Below are positions 1 to 11,516 of a stretch of 64,000 nucleotides of DNA, piece by piece (position 1 is the first letter of the stretch; each line of letters begins with the position of its first letter). This DNA comes from Microthyrium microscopicum (lineage: Eukaryota). Location of the stretch: contig MU004231.1 of NCBI GenBank assembly GCA_010405405.1, positions 2,309,860-2,373,859 of the forward strand, read 5' to 3'. Position numbers and translations under genes: made by a program. The notes under the pieces are model-generated. The model searched no databases, was not told where the DNA came from, and worked only from the letters and a program-made list of their open reading frames with translations.

Positions 1-838
1 TGTCGGCGTTCTCGACTTGGATCTCACAGGGCCAAACATCCCTCGCTTTCTGGGCTGTGAACGCAGTACCGTCACACAAAGTGCCGCCGGCCTAGTACCA
101 GTTATTGTCCATGGACGACATAATGCGAAAATAGAGTCCAGCACAACTACCTCAAATGAGTCGTCCCAGAATGGAGTGTCACAAGAAGAAGTATCAATTG
201 GCGCCCTCCACGTAATGTCCCTCGCCTTCATGCTCCCTGCCCGCTCCTCCGCCGTCATCTGGCGCGGACCTAAAAAGACCGCTATGGTGCGCCAATTCCT
301 TACGCAGACTGCCTGGCCATCTGATCTCGATTATCTGCTTGTCGACACGCCGCCTGGCACATCGGATGAGCATATCGCCGCGCTTGAGACGCTGTTGTCT
401 ACTACGCAAGAGGGTTCTGCGCCCGGCGAGTTGGCGGGTGCTATACTAGTCACGACACCACAGGCTATTGCGACGGAAGATGTACGCAAGGAACGCTCAT
501 TTTGCGTGAAGACGGGGACGAGAGTGCTGGGGGTTGTGGAGAATATGGCGGGCTTTGTGTGTCCGCATTGTGCGGAGTGTACGAATGTGTTTAGTCGTGG
601 AGGTGGAGAGGTTATGGCTGGTGAGTGGGGAGTCAAGTTCCTAGGGCGGTGTCCGATAGATCCTGCGTTTGGGGTGCTGGTGGAGGAGGGGACGAGGCCG
701 GTGTATCCGGTTGGCACTGGGGAGGGAGGCAAGCGGGTGGTGGAAGGGGATGGGCTGGTGGAGAAGTATAGTAGCTGTGAGTTAGCGGTTGTATTAGATG
801 GAGTGAGGAGGGGGCTGATGGAGGAGATTGGAAGTTGA
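1..838 (+). CDS. CFD1: Cytosolic Fe-S cluster assembly P-loop NTPase (Cfd1/NUBP2 type), 5' end outside window
   Basis: [43 protein letters not shown] and CPHCAEC motifs of the Mrp/Nbp35 family. The C-terminal insert resembles filamentous-fungal Cfd1. The N-terminus needed to exclude Nbp35 is not visible. Confidence 0.85.
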   Translation, partial: VGVLDLDLTGPNIPRFLGCERSTVTQSAAGLVPVIVHGRHNAKIESSTTTSNESSQNGVSQEEVSIGALHVMSLAFMLPARSSAVIWRGPKKTAMVRQFLTQTAWPSDLDYLLVDTPPGTSDEHIAALETLLSTTQEGSAPGELAGAILVTTPQAIATEDVRKERSFCVKTGTRVLGVVENMAGFVCPHCAECTNVFSRGGGEVMAGEWGVKFLGRCPIDPAFGVLVEEGTRPVYPVGTGEGGKRVVEGDGLVEKYSSCELAVVLDGVRRGLMEEIGS

Positions 839-923
839 TGGAGAAACGAAGAGATGATGTGATGAGTTTTTTCCCCCTAACGTTCTACCATTACATTGCC
901 ATATAAACGTCAACTCTGACCAT

Positions 924-1637
924 CTAATCCATACACATAGCATTCGAGCTCAACTCCTCTGCTCTTTCCAACTGCTTCACATAGATCCTATCTTCAAGCT
1001 TGGAACAATCCTTCCATGCCTCCCACGAGCCCACTTCCGCGGCCAACTGAGAAATCTCGGTGGTCATCTTGGTGTCTGCTTTCACCCTCTTTGCCTTTAT
1101 AGGCCGGACTCCGTATTCTCTGTCGCGCGCCAGTTCCTCCAATTGGGCTTTGAGCTCAGCGATATCGAGCATATCCTCGAGCACTTCCATCTCACCAGGC
1201 TCCAGAGCGCTGGTTTCCAGCCACTTCTGGACGTTGCGCTTGCTTTCGTACATGAGATTCTTAGGTGACTCCAGCCGAGACACGGTCTCTTCGGTTAGAT
1301 CGCAGTCGGTCTCCTCTTGGGTGCACTCTTCACCCTCTAGGGACCATCCACAGTTCCTGGCGCTTCTTTTGATCCAGAGTCGGAAGATGAACGCGGGGAG
1401 TAAATTTATTATGGCCATCATTGGTATGAGCTGTACAAGGTACGGCATGATGGAGTTTTGGCCTGTGTGAGGGTCTGTGAAGCCGCAGTAGAAGTACCAG
1501 TATGAGAGATGTGCAGACATAGTGAGGAGATAGAATTTGAAGAACCACACCCAGTATTGCCTGTCGTTGGCTAGCCATTTACGAAATTCGCAGTCGGCGC
1601 TGAAGAAGGTGTTTCGGATGGTGTTTGCTGTGATCAT
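924..1637 (-). CDS. Hypothetical protein with N-terminal hydrophobic segments and acidic/coiled C-terminus
   Basis: Uninterrupted 237-aa ATG ORF with protein-like composition; no recognisable motif. Confidence 0.5.
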   Translation of the reverse strand: MITANTIRNTFFSADCEFRKWLANDRQYWVWFFKFYLLTMSAHLSYWYFYCGFTDPHTGQNSIMPYLVQLIPMMAIINLLPAFIFRLWIKRSARNCGWSLEGEECTQEETDCDLTEETVSRLESPKNLMYESKRNVQKWLETSALEPGEMEVLEDMLDIAELKAQLEELARDREYGVRPIKAKRVKADTKMTTEISQLAAEVGSWEAWKDCSKLEDRIYVKQLERAEELSSNAMCMD

Positions 1638-2633
1638 CTTGAAGATTTGGTAGTCGTTGAGTAATGATGGATGTCGTTATCGGTATCTGCAGCTGTTTGT
1701 TTAGTGCAGAGGAACAGACGAATGTTCTTGTGGTTTCAGGGAATGATGGGATTTAAGGATCATAGAGCAGCTTTTAACGGTTGTGATTATGACTTTGGCA
1801 TTGGAAACGCGGTTGTTATCTGTTAGTGCGTGTCGTGAACCACGGGTGAGTCTCACAACAACACTAATTTTGGTCAAACTATGGACGAATGTCTTGGAAC
1901 TTGTCAAATATCTGACTTTCGAAGTGCAACTAGTGGGCCAAGTTGAAGTTTTAAGCTGGTTCTTAAGCAGAAGTATTGGCAAGAAACGGTGTTGTACGAT
2001 GCGAAATGTACGGATGACATCAAAACACCATGTATCTAATCTTTCTCGATCCTCTGGCTGTAATACGTTTTTCCACCCTCGTGGTGTTCCTGATGGTCGA
2101 AAGAAGCCGAACTGTAACTGAACTATATATAAGTATTCTTTACTATTACACATTAGATTACATTGGCATCATGTGAGGATCGTGTCGTGAGTCACTGCGT
2201 TGCCACATACCTATCATGGAGAAAAATCGTATTTTACTCCTATACTCGGCCGTATCTGCCACTTGAGACTTTAGGGTCATGGACCAAAATGAAAAAATTG
2301 CTGGATGGTGAGCGTGGCGAATCGCTCAACTTGGTACGAAATACTAAGCAGTGACGATTAGCTCCCAGATCTATGAACTTTGGAGCCTGCCTTCTACCAC
2401 AGTAGAGTATTCAAGGACGCTTCTGTCCAGTCTCCAGGTATTCTACCTTTCTCTATTACAGCTTTTCTCCCTTCCCAAATATCGTTCGTCGCAAACCCAA
2501 ACCGTAACCTCCATAGACCATACAAGAAACACAAACCGATTAAGCAAAAAACTCGATCCACCACCATTTTTAGCCGACGAGAATTTCCAAACATAAAGAA
2601 CAAGGTACAGAACTAGGACAGAACTAGGACAGA

Positions 2634-3092
2634 ATGTCTCAGAATCTACAAGGCAGTCCAGCAAAGGAGTGCAACTGCTGTCGAAAGCAAAACACACGTT
2701 CTGTAGGAATGTCCAGCGGAGCTCGAATAGACGCGATTATTAAGGGCAGTCTGACCCACAATCGGTTTCCAGAGTTTTGGGTTCTCTGCACACTATCTGT
2801 CGCTGCAATCACCTACCCATGGCTTCTGAAAATGGAGCTCTTTGGTGAAGAACCACTGAAAGGCATCTTCATCTTCCTGAGCTTCTTATGGACTCTTTTC
2901 GTGACTGGGTTGGTCTGTCTTTTCCTTGGGTTCCTAGGCGTTGTTTTTGGTGTACCAATCTACTACGCCATGGCAATGCTTTACAACGGAATTCTCGACC
3001 TGAAGACATTCTTGGCTTCAACCAATTCTTGCAACTGCAGCTGCCAACCTCAACCAGATCACCCTGCTGGCTCTCCGACCTCTATTAGTTGA
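2634..3092 (+). CDS. Small membrane protein with Cys-rich tail, paralog 1 of a tandem triplet
   Basis: 152 aa with SSGARI, NRFPEFWVL, hydrophobic segments, AMLYNG and CNCSCQ; these motifs are shared with the 3412 and 4461 loci. Confidence 0.7.
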   Translation: MSQNLQGSPAKECNCCRKQNTRSVGMSSGARIDAIIKGSLTHNRFPEFWVLCTLSVAAITYPWLLKMELFGEEPLKGIFIFLSFLWTLFVTGLVCLFLGFLGVVFGVPIYYAMAMLYNGILDLKTFLASTNSCNCSCQPQPDHPAGSPTSIS

Positions 3093-3411
3093 TGTTGTGT
3101 CATCTCTGGCACACCGGAATAGCAGATTTGTACTCGATAGAATGGATAAGAATATACAGGCTTAGTTGTAGAAAGCTGAAGACAATCTGGTGATTTTGAC
3201 CCCAACTTTCGTTTTGAGGCGCAGATATTACCATTTTTTCCCGCAACGTCGTGATTTAGAGGTCCTGTTCTCTTCACCACCCGACAGCTTATCCAGCGAG
3301 CGTGTCATGACAATCAGCAGCAAGTCAACTGTAGAGGCTGTCTTTGCTGCACATCCATAAACTACATTATCCAGCCTCCAGCCATAGCTTATATCCAGTC
3401 GTCACCAGCAA

Positions 3412-3925
3412 ATGAAAGCCATCACAACGCCAGAAACACAACCAAAACCCAAGGCGTCTGTTGATGCTTTTCCATTATACACTTCAACAGGGGAGCACAA
3501 TTGTTGTTCACAACTGGTGGCATCACGGCCAAGAACGTCCAGTATACCAGAATCAACGCAATCAAGGACTGGCATTTTAAGAACGAGCGATTTCCTGTAT
3601 TCTACTTACTATGGGCAATCTACACTGCTGCAATCTTCTATTAGTGGGCTTTTAGCACCGAATGTTTTACCAAGGACGAGGAATTTGACCGGTGGTTTTC
3701 CTTTTACTTCTTCTTACTCTTCGTCTCTGGAGCAGTGGAGCCGGATTCTTAATCCTTGTGCCACCTATCATCGCCCTTGGTGTGACCTCTCTATATCTCT
3801 TGGAGATGATATACACTGGATTTTGTCTGCTCATGGACACTCTGTCTTCTTATCCCTTCTGCAATTGTACTTGCCATGAACTTCGACCACGTCGCTCAGC
3901 CTGCGGTTGGAAAAAGTGGGTTTGA
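3412..3925 (+). pseudogene. Disrupted paralog 2 of the Cys-tailed membrane protein triplet
   Basis: Homology is split over different frames: TSTGE; NERFPVFYLLWAIYTAAIFY*WAFSTECFTKDEE with TAG at 3642-3644; LYLLEMIYTGF...CNCTCH. Confidence 0.7.
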
Positions 3926-4460
3926 TATTTTCAACTGATCATAAAAGCAATAAGGCTAGAGGCTATCTAGAACATAGACTCACTATTCGGTGTCACAATA
4001 CACTCGTTTTCGAACAGTCGTGATTCAAGACTATTTAGACTAGAGACTAGGTCACTGCCTCATGACTTGCTTGGCACACGATGTGTGGGAGCATCCGTAT
4101 GCGGTAGATAGTCATATAGGCTTCCAGTGAGAATAGACGGTGCGAATAGAGGTCGCAACCTGAACTTGGTGGTAATGGTACGAGGCTACGAGCGTAATCC
4201 CGTTGTGGCGCAGCACAAGTGAGTGACCACTGGATGGACTCGAATTTGGCCCCCAAACATACCGTATGGGGCTTAGAAATTGTTATCTTGTGGTGCAGAA
4301 CGAACATAAACCGGCCTCCAGCCATTGATTATCATCTGCTTTTCAGTGCTTCAACTCCCTGGAGTTAGGCATCCTTGTCCTGAACATCGAACGAAAGCTT
4401 CCCAAAGAGGTCAAAATCTGCTATTCGTGGAAAACGACCCAGCGACCAGGACATCAAAAA

Positions 4461-5000
4461 TTGCGGCGGCACCGGAAGATGGTACTCAGTGTACAAGAAA
4501 TGCGACAGAGAGCTGAAAACCTCGACATAACTAATTCGAATTCACACCCGTCCCCAGAACTACCAGATATCAAGATGTCAAGTGCGAGCTCAAACACTCC
4601 CAGGATTTCCAGCGGCGAGAGAATAAGCACAATAGTCAGCTCCATTTTTGAACACAAACGACTTCCTGAATTCATCTTCCTATGGGTTGTCATTTCTGCT
4701 ACACTCTTCTATCGCTGGCAGTTCGACCCTGACAATACTTTCACAAAGGATGACGATTTGTCAGATAAGATAGCATGGCTTGTCGTCTTCATTCTCCTGG
4801 TTTCTGGCTTCGGAATCTTCTGGATTATGCCAATCGTGGTATCTGGAGCTGTCGCTCTTCTCTACGTCTTGGAAATGTTGTATATCGGATTCTTTGCCTT
4901 CCGAGAATTCCTAGTTTCGAAAAGAGCGTGCAGTTGTGCGTGCCATCGGCCTCAACAAGCGGATTGCTGTAATTGTGGAGTCAAACCAAAATCACAGTGA
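4461..5000 (+). CDS. Small membrane protein with Cys-rich tail, paralog 3 (true ATG probably downstream of the ORF start)
   Basis: SSGERI, KRLPEFIFLW, FTKDDD, LEMLYIG, CSCACH...CCNC. Confidence 0.75.
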   Translation: MRRHRKMVLSVQEMRQRAENLDITNSNSHPSPELPDIKMSSASSNTPRISSGERISTIVSSIFEHKRLPEFIFLWVVISATLFYRWQFDPDNTFTKDDDLSDKIAWLVVFILLVSGFGIFWIMPIVVSGAVALLYVLEMLYIGFFAFREFLVSKRACSCACHRPQQADCCNCGVKPKSQ

Positions 5001-5645
5001 TAGATCTGTCATGAAACCTAGTGACAGCTAAATTAGGCAATCTCTCACGTATTTGAGCGCATGATCTGGGTGGATGGTATGTGATGGCAACTGATATTGG
5101 TGGAGATAACTTTACTGCGTTATGATACCGGAATTATAGGCAAGAGCAGGGCCATGAACTTGAAGAGATAGAGTATTGTCATACTTGGTATTGTTAGGTG
5201 CCAGACAACAGTACTTCCAATCATAAAGTGTTTTGTCTGATAATGAGCTGACCGGGAAATAAACAACGATGAACATTGCCGCGAAAATCAATCAAAGTCA
5301 GAAAAATTGCATCGACGGGTTGATGCGAACCCCGTCCACACTGGTGCTAGTTGAGGAAGGAGAGAGAAAGGAACCAGTGAAGAACGACTACCAAGACTAA
5401 GATGTAACTTCTCAAGCATGTGGAAATCGCCCAATGCCAGTCGAATTAACTGGGATCAAGGTTTCCGACAGCGGATGGCGCGACTCGCGGTAATGGGACG
5501 ACTGCGGGGGCACGGGGGGATAACAACCAAGATAGTTAGCTCAAAGTATAAAGATGTTGGCGCGGATACTTCCATCTTAGCTTTCGAATTGTTTCCAATC
5601 CGTCTTCACAAGCCTCATACCCAGCAAGCCCACGAAATCTCCATC

Positions 5646-6409
5646 ATGGCGCCTCTGGTCTTTGTCGCTGATATCAAAACCGTGAGCCAGGAAGCTCGAG
5701 ATCAGGTCAGTAGATCAGTGGACTACATTTGGCTGATACACCTATTGATAATCCTGTAGGCCATCCAGCATCTTTACAAGGTGACTGATTATGCCTACGC
5801 GAACGAGTCTGGAACCTCGCGGTACTTGGTCTGCATTCCCATTGATGACAGTGACAACACATCTATCTACATGGTCGAAGGGTACGTTTTCTCCCTCAGC
5901 CTCGCCATTCCAACCATGGTCAGCTGTTGACACTATTTTCCAGGTACAAGGCCACGAAAGATCAAGAGGCCCATCGCGCAGCTCCACCAGTCGCCGAATT
6001 GTTCAAAGCGCTCGGCGGTGGTCTCGTATCTGCTCCTCCCGCCGCATATACGCTGTCGCCAGTCGCTGGCTTCCAACGTTCCGGCTTGACTACTCCACCA
6101 GCAGGCGCTGTCATCATCTTGACGACCTTTGGATACCACGCAGGCTACACAGGTTTTGCTGTAGAGGGCTGGAAAGCGCTCGTAGCTCATGCGCAGGCCA
6201 ATGAACCTGGAGCGCTGGCAGTCAGTATCCTAGAGGATGCAGAGGGGAGCAAGATCCACAGCGTTCAAGTGTTTGACAGCGAGCAGAGCGCTGATGCACA
6301 TGTCAATGGTGAAGCTATCAAGGCCAATAGGGACCATAATGGCAGTGCGCGAAATGGTGAAAGAAGTGTTGTGCGGGTGAAGGCTCTGTATGGGTATTTG
6401 GCCAAATAA
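5646..6409 (+). CDS. Two-domain ABM/dimeric alpha-beta barrel (monooxygenase-like) protein
   Basis: ATG at 5646 and introns at about 5706-5759 and 5882-5943. Two repeated modules (YANESGTSRY...IYMVE / QANEPGALAV...VFDSEQSADAH). Confidence 0.7.
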
Positions 6410-6663
6410 GGGGCTTTCGAAAATGCCTTGAGTCTCGATTCTTCTACGGGGTAATCGACCCCTGATGCTTCTGTATACGGGTTCCAAAAGACAGCAATTC
6501 TGGTCAATGAGATCCATTAATCAAAGTTTTTAGGCCACTTCGAAATACTGCATGGTCTTCTTGTCTAGGTCTAATTTTCTACCATGGCGTCAGATGTTCA
6601 GCATGTCATCGAGAGATACATGAATACTCACACAGGACTATACCAACAATGATCATTTAACCT

Positions 6664-7014
6664 TTAGCCAGATTCTTTTGGCCAGATTCTTTTGGCCAGA
6701 TTCTTTTGGCCAGATGTACTTCTCCTTTCCTCACGGCGAACACAACCAATGCAATCTTCAAGAATAGCGTGCCCAACAATGCACCAAAGACCGAAATCGA
6801 CTGTCTCACTGCGCTCGTACACCTGCCATTCGATAATGGCGTTCGCTGCTCGAGATTGCCAACTTTTGGGAATCGAATTCCAAGTTTGTGTCTGGGAACC
6901 GGCCTACCTCATGTCGGAAAGACACTGAGAATTGGACGAACCTGCACAGTGTGTACAGCAGTCACAGCCACACTACGAGGCAACCAAAAAAAGCCTTGCG
7001 AGAACAGATAACAT
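6664..7014 (-). pseudogene. Possible degenerate member of the small Cys-rich family
   Basis: A single frame reads MLSVLARLFLVAS*CGCDCCTHC...SDMR*AGSQ...LEDCIGCVRREERR...*, with TAGs at 6973-6975 and 6904-6906. Confidence 0.3.
6667..6715. repeat. 14-bp tandem repeat GCCAGATTCTTTTG x3.5
   Basis: Directly visible. Confidence 0.95.
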
Positions 7015-7408
7015 TGAAAGCTGGCAGTGTCTCAATACATGTAGTCCGCGGTCCTGATTGGTGAGAGCGGGATATGTCGCCCAATTGAGAAAGTGCTCGC
7101 AAGATGCATAAGGTACACGAGCAACGTAGATCGGCTTACCGCATGCTTGGCTCCCCATACTGCGTCATGAGGCATAAAAGTAGTACTGCATGTTGTCTCT
7201 AATGATGGGCAATTCTGGTGGAATAGCTATAGACTTGTCAGCAAGTATAAATAAGGACTGTGTAATGAACCTGTTTCCAAATTACAATCTCAGTTTCCAT
7301 CAGCCATCAACAGAAGACATACCAAACTATATTCTCGAGCCGGTCTTTTGTTGTCAGCTTACACGCTTGAAAAACATCTTCGGAGAACATCTATCTAAAG
7401 ATTTCAAA

Positions 7409-8044
7409 ATGATTGCCTGCATGGTTCCTGAGAGCACACCCGATCCGCAACCTACGATTATGCTTGAAGGACCGTCAGGCAGTGACAACATCATCTACCT
7501 GACCAATGGCGGGCAACGACAACCACTATTCACTGTTCAATTTGACATTTCTCACAAGCCAAACGTTCGACTTTCGCGCTCCCTACCAGCGCCGCAGCCT
7601 GGCCAACAACTCACACAATTTGTAGGCACGGCTGAGATTGGGCAACTTTCCGAAGCTATAACTCTCAACATCCATGGCCGTGAAATCAAGAACAACGAAA
7701 CTGGGAGCTTGAGTACAGGCTACAGGAAGGACTTCGTGTCGCCATTTCCAAGCGCCCTTGGGGCCGGTGTCAAGATGAGGTGGAAAGATACATCGTCCAG
7801 CCGAGGACTGGAACTTTGGAACGAGGACAAGAAGGTCAAGGTTGCAAGGTTTATGCCACATCTTCTGAGCAAAGGCGATCCGGAGCTCCTGATGTTTCTG
7901 CCAATTAGGAACGCGGATGAGGAACACTTTTTGGATCTGGTAGTATTGATGGCCATGGCTCAGCTCGCCAAAAGCAAGATCAATAATAAAGTGGGAGGCC
8001 AAATTTTCAAGACTATCATGGGGCTACCCGGTGTAGGTTCTTGA
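7409..8044 (+). CDS. Hypothetical protein, probably a beta-rich fungal domain
   Basis: Long intact ORF (7190-8044) with a likely ATG at 7409 in a CAAAATG context. MRWK...GLELW...VARF pattern. Confidence 0.6.
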   Translation: MIACMVPESTPDPQPTIMLEGPSGSDNIIYLTNGGQRQPLFTVQFDISHKPNVRLSRSLPAPQPGQQLTQFVGTAEIGQLSEAITLNIHGREIKNNETGSLSTGYRKDFVSPFPSALGAGVKMRWKDTSSSRGLELWNEDKKVKVARFMPHLLSKGDPELLMFLPIRNADEEHFLDLVVLMAMAQLAKSKINNKVGGQIFKTIMGLPGVGS

Positions 8045-8749
8045 AAACCGCAAAGGCTTGAAGAAGAGAGGCAATGAAAGAGTTGGACATGTCGTAGCTG
8101 CTTTGTAGGTAGGTACATTCTTAGCATGTGTTGGACCGTCCTTGACTCCAGTTCAAGAGAAATCAAATGCCGCACAATTGTTCGACTTGTCAAGCCATCC
8201 CGAAGCAGAACAGTTGAAGAAGAGCTAGTGTTCGGTCTTATCTGTATGAAGTAATGAATAGCCTTTCTAGTTCAGGAGTCAGTATATAACATGGCACATC
8301 AGTCAGTGACCTACGTGACACGTAATGCTTTAACGTATCCTCACGCCTTGGTCCAAAGTATCTCGGGGGGTACAACTCATAATAGGATGTCGCTAACAAG
8401 TCTTCTGGCCATGACTTGGGACACAAAAGAACACGAAGCGGCCAAATTGATATGCCGCTGCTGTTGCAATGTCGAAAGCAATCCGCGATCAAGTTTCCAT
8501 AAGAGTACATGGATCATAGGGGAGGACACCCGATACACGTTAGCCAACGAAAAGGTATTCTATTTCACACCAACACCACTGCAATGATGCCACTGAACCC
8601 AACTGAAACAATGCAGTCTACATACAATGGCAGTCCCAGTTCGATATAGCCACCACTGCACTAGCAAAAGGCACTCTTTAATATGTCCCTGACGCAAGAA
8701 ATGATTACCAGTCCAATACGTTTCGATACGATACACTCCATCATGCCAT

Positions 8750-11222
8750 CTACTGTACTTGATTGACGATTTCGCTAGCCCGAGAGAGCGACTCGACCAT
8801 CTGTTGACATTCCTTGCGGCGGCGCACGGTATACTCAGATTCTTTGAGTAGATCGTCGAGCTCGGTTTGCTTGTACATGTTCTCCAGAAGCTCTTTTTGC
8901 ATCTCGTCTTTGGAAAACCTGCACATCGTTAGTGGAAAATCGAAATCAGTAGAGGTGGAGCGCTTACGCAACGAGGTTCAGCATGATTGCTTTCGGGACC
9001 ATGTCAATCATGGTTCGCCGGACGATGTTGAAGTAAGAGGTGATGAGCAATTCTGACAGTGGTTAGTTGGGGATGGCGATGGCTAAGAGAGTGACTTACT
9101 GATCACTTCGACTTCCTGTGCTTCCTTGTCGGACAAAGCGGACGACGCTTTCAGAGTTGGAGGTGGGGCGTCCATGGCAGCCATCTTTTTCTTGTTTCGG
9201 TTTGGGAAGAAGCTACCAAAGAAGCCGCTGCCATTCTCCTCACCCATTACTGGGCTGGCGGCGCGTAAAGGTGCTGCGCCGGGGGGTAGAGGTTTGCCAG
9301 TCTTTGGGTCTACTTGGGTAGGACGATTAGCTGCAGGATTATGCTTCTCGTGCACAATTGCCATAGCCTGTATCATGTCAGTGAATTATTTAAAAGATCC
9401 AGGGCGAATCTTACTCTGGAACCATTGATAAAATCTGGATGACCGGTGTTGATATAGCAAGCTTCCATGGCCACCAGATCTCGCACTAGTTTATTGGTAG
9501 GATCCATGAGTTTCTTCAAAAAGCTAACCACCACGAGATGGAACTTCTCCTTGAGGGCAGGGTATCGCCGGAATGCTGGCTTTGCCAGCAATTGAGTGAG
9601 AATTCGGACAAGCTCGTCGTATACCAATGATACACATTTCAAAGATGGCTCATTCAAACGGCGGATTTGGTCCTTGATAACGACCTCAAACGCGGCAGTA
9701 CCGACAAAGAGAGCGGGTGATGAACCAGAAGAGTTGACCAATATAGTTCGGATATCATTGTCTTTGACTACGTCGAATGGATCCACAGCTTTGATACCGT
9801 TGGAATAAAGTTCGTGAAACACAAAGCTGATACGAGCACCACCAGAAAGTTCAATACTGGACAGTTCTTGAGTAGCTTTGCCTTCCAGCACAGTTTGATA
9901 GTCTCGAGAAAATTCTGTGATGAGATTGAGAATGACGTTTGATGGATTTCCAAGCAGAGAGTCGCCCAGTTGCGATAATTCTGCGGTATACTTTTGCAGT
10001 GAGGATTGTATCCGTTGCTTGATATCCGGCAGGGTTTGTTTGATATGCATCATGAGAAGCTGTAATGATTAGTGTCGATCAAAAGTATCAGTTGAGGATA
10101 TCTTACCATATTCAGTTTCCTAGCTAGATATGGAGTTCCGCAGTACGCAGCTTTGCTTCGATAAGCCTTGTGGTTTTCGAAAAAGTTGCGCTCCGCTTCG
10201 AGGGCAACTTGAATTTGCTTTTTATTTTCAATATCTCGTTGACCACGGTTGACAACAGGAACATAGCCAAGGCGTAGAGGAATGATTCTTCCAGCAAGAA
10301 TATCGATAACGTCCGTACCCTCGTCCATAATGTCGACCTTTGTGAGCACACCGATTGTTCTTTGTCCTTCTGGGTCGACCTCTCTCGCTAACTTGAGACC
10401 GTCCGAATTGGCCAAATCTGTGTTGGCAGCGGTAACAGCGAGAATGATCGCGTTGGCCTTGCTGATGTACTTCACCACCATATCCCGAATCTGTCGTTCA
10501 ATGTCTCGCGGTTGGTCACCAACAGGTACTCTTGTAAGGCCGGGCAAATCGACGAGAGTGAGAGTAAGGACGTTGGGCGAATATATGCGGAGGCCGATGG
10601 GTGCGGGCGAGATTCCGGCATTGCGACCAACCTTTGCCTCTGTTTCGCGGGAAATCTCATCGCGAATCTTGTTAAAATCGTAAAACTTCTGACCCGGAAT
10701 GTGCAAAAACTCTCCCCATTCATCTTGATTGGCCTCTTTATCCGTCGTCTTTAGGTCAGCTTTCGTGCCATTTGTGTCAGCCTTCGGGCGATTGAGTAGT
10801 TGGAGAACGAGAGGCCTTCGAGTGACGATGCCAGATCCACGGGGCAAGCTATTTCATGTCAACAACCAATACTCCGTGAGGCTTACATCGGCAGGCGACG
10901 TACAAATCTCGGCCAACAATGTTTTCCAGTACAGAACTCTTGCCACTTGATTGTGATCCAACAACGACGATTTGCGGGAGATCTATGGGATTTTGGACCT
11001 GTGATAAGATTGGGTTAACGACGGAGCTTTTGGGTTGTTTGCAGGAGGATTGAGGTAGGCGCAACTTACACCAACAGTAGCGAAGACATCTTGAAGTTTG
11101 TTGACAAGCTGGATCAAGCTTGGATCATTGACGTTGTTTCTGGTATCAACTATTAGCTAGCTGCCCCTGTTGGTATGCAATGTTATGGTTGCCTACTGAT
11201 TTGGGTTTATAGATTGCGCCAT
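8750..11222 (-). CDS. VPS1: Dynamin-like GTPase Vps1 (multi-exon)
   Basis: [63 protein letters not shown] and the GED C-terminus [22 protein letters not shown] at 11222 and several canonical introns. Confidence 0.97.
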
Positions 11223-11516
11223 GGTGGGCGACGTTGATGGAGAGTGGTGCGCAAGGTGTCCGACAATAGATAATATAGAGGAATGAAGGAGAAGCAGACA
11301 GTTGGAGGTGGCAGCAGCCTGGAGAGAGATGGGAGGGAATGTTTTGGAGTTGTATGTCTGAGTTGCGCAGCTTGATGACCTCCCGGTTCCAGGTGAAGAC
11401 AGCACTGGCAGGAGCCATCCGTGACAAGGCAGGGGTCATACTTGTGGCCGTGCAGATATAAAAGTCCGTGCGTGTAGCGGCCCAAAATCCACGTGGCTCA
11501 AGTACCTTTGAAACAT

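Noticed and set aside
3642..3644. Editable TAG in membrane-protein paralog 2
   Set aside because: It is accompanied by frameshifts, so editing could not restore the ORF.
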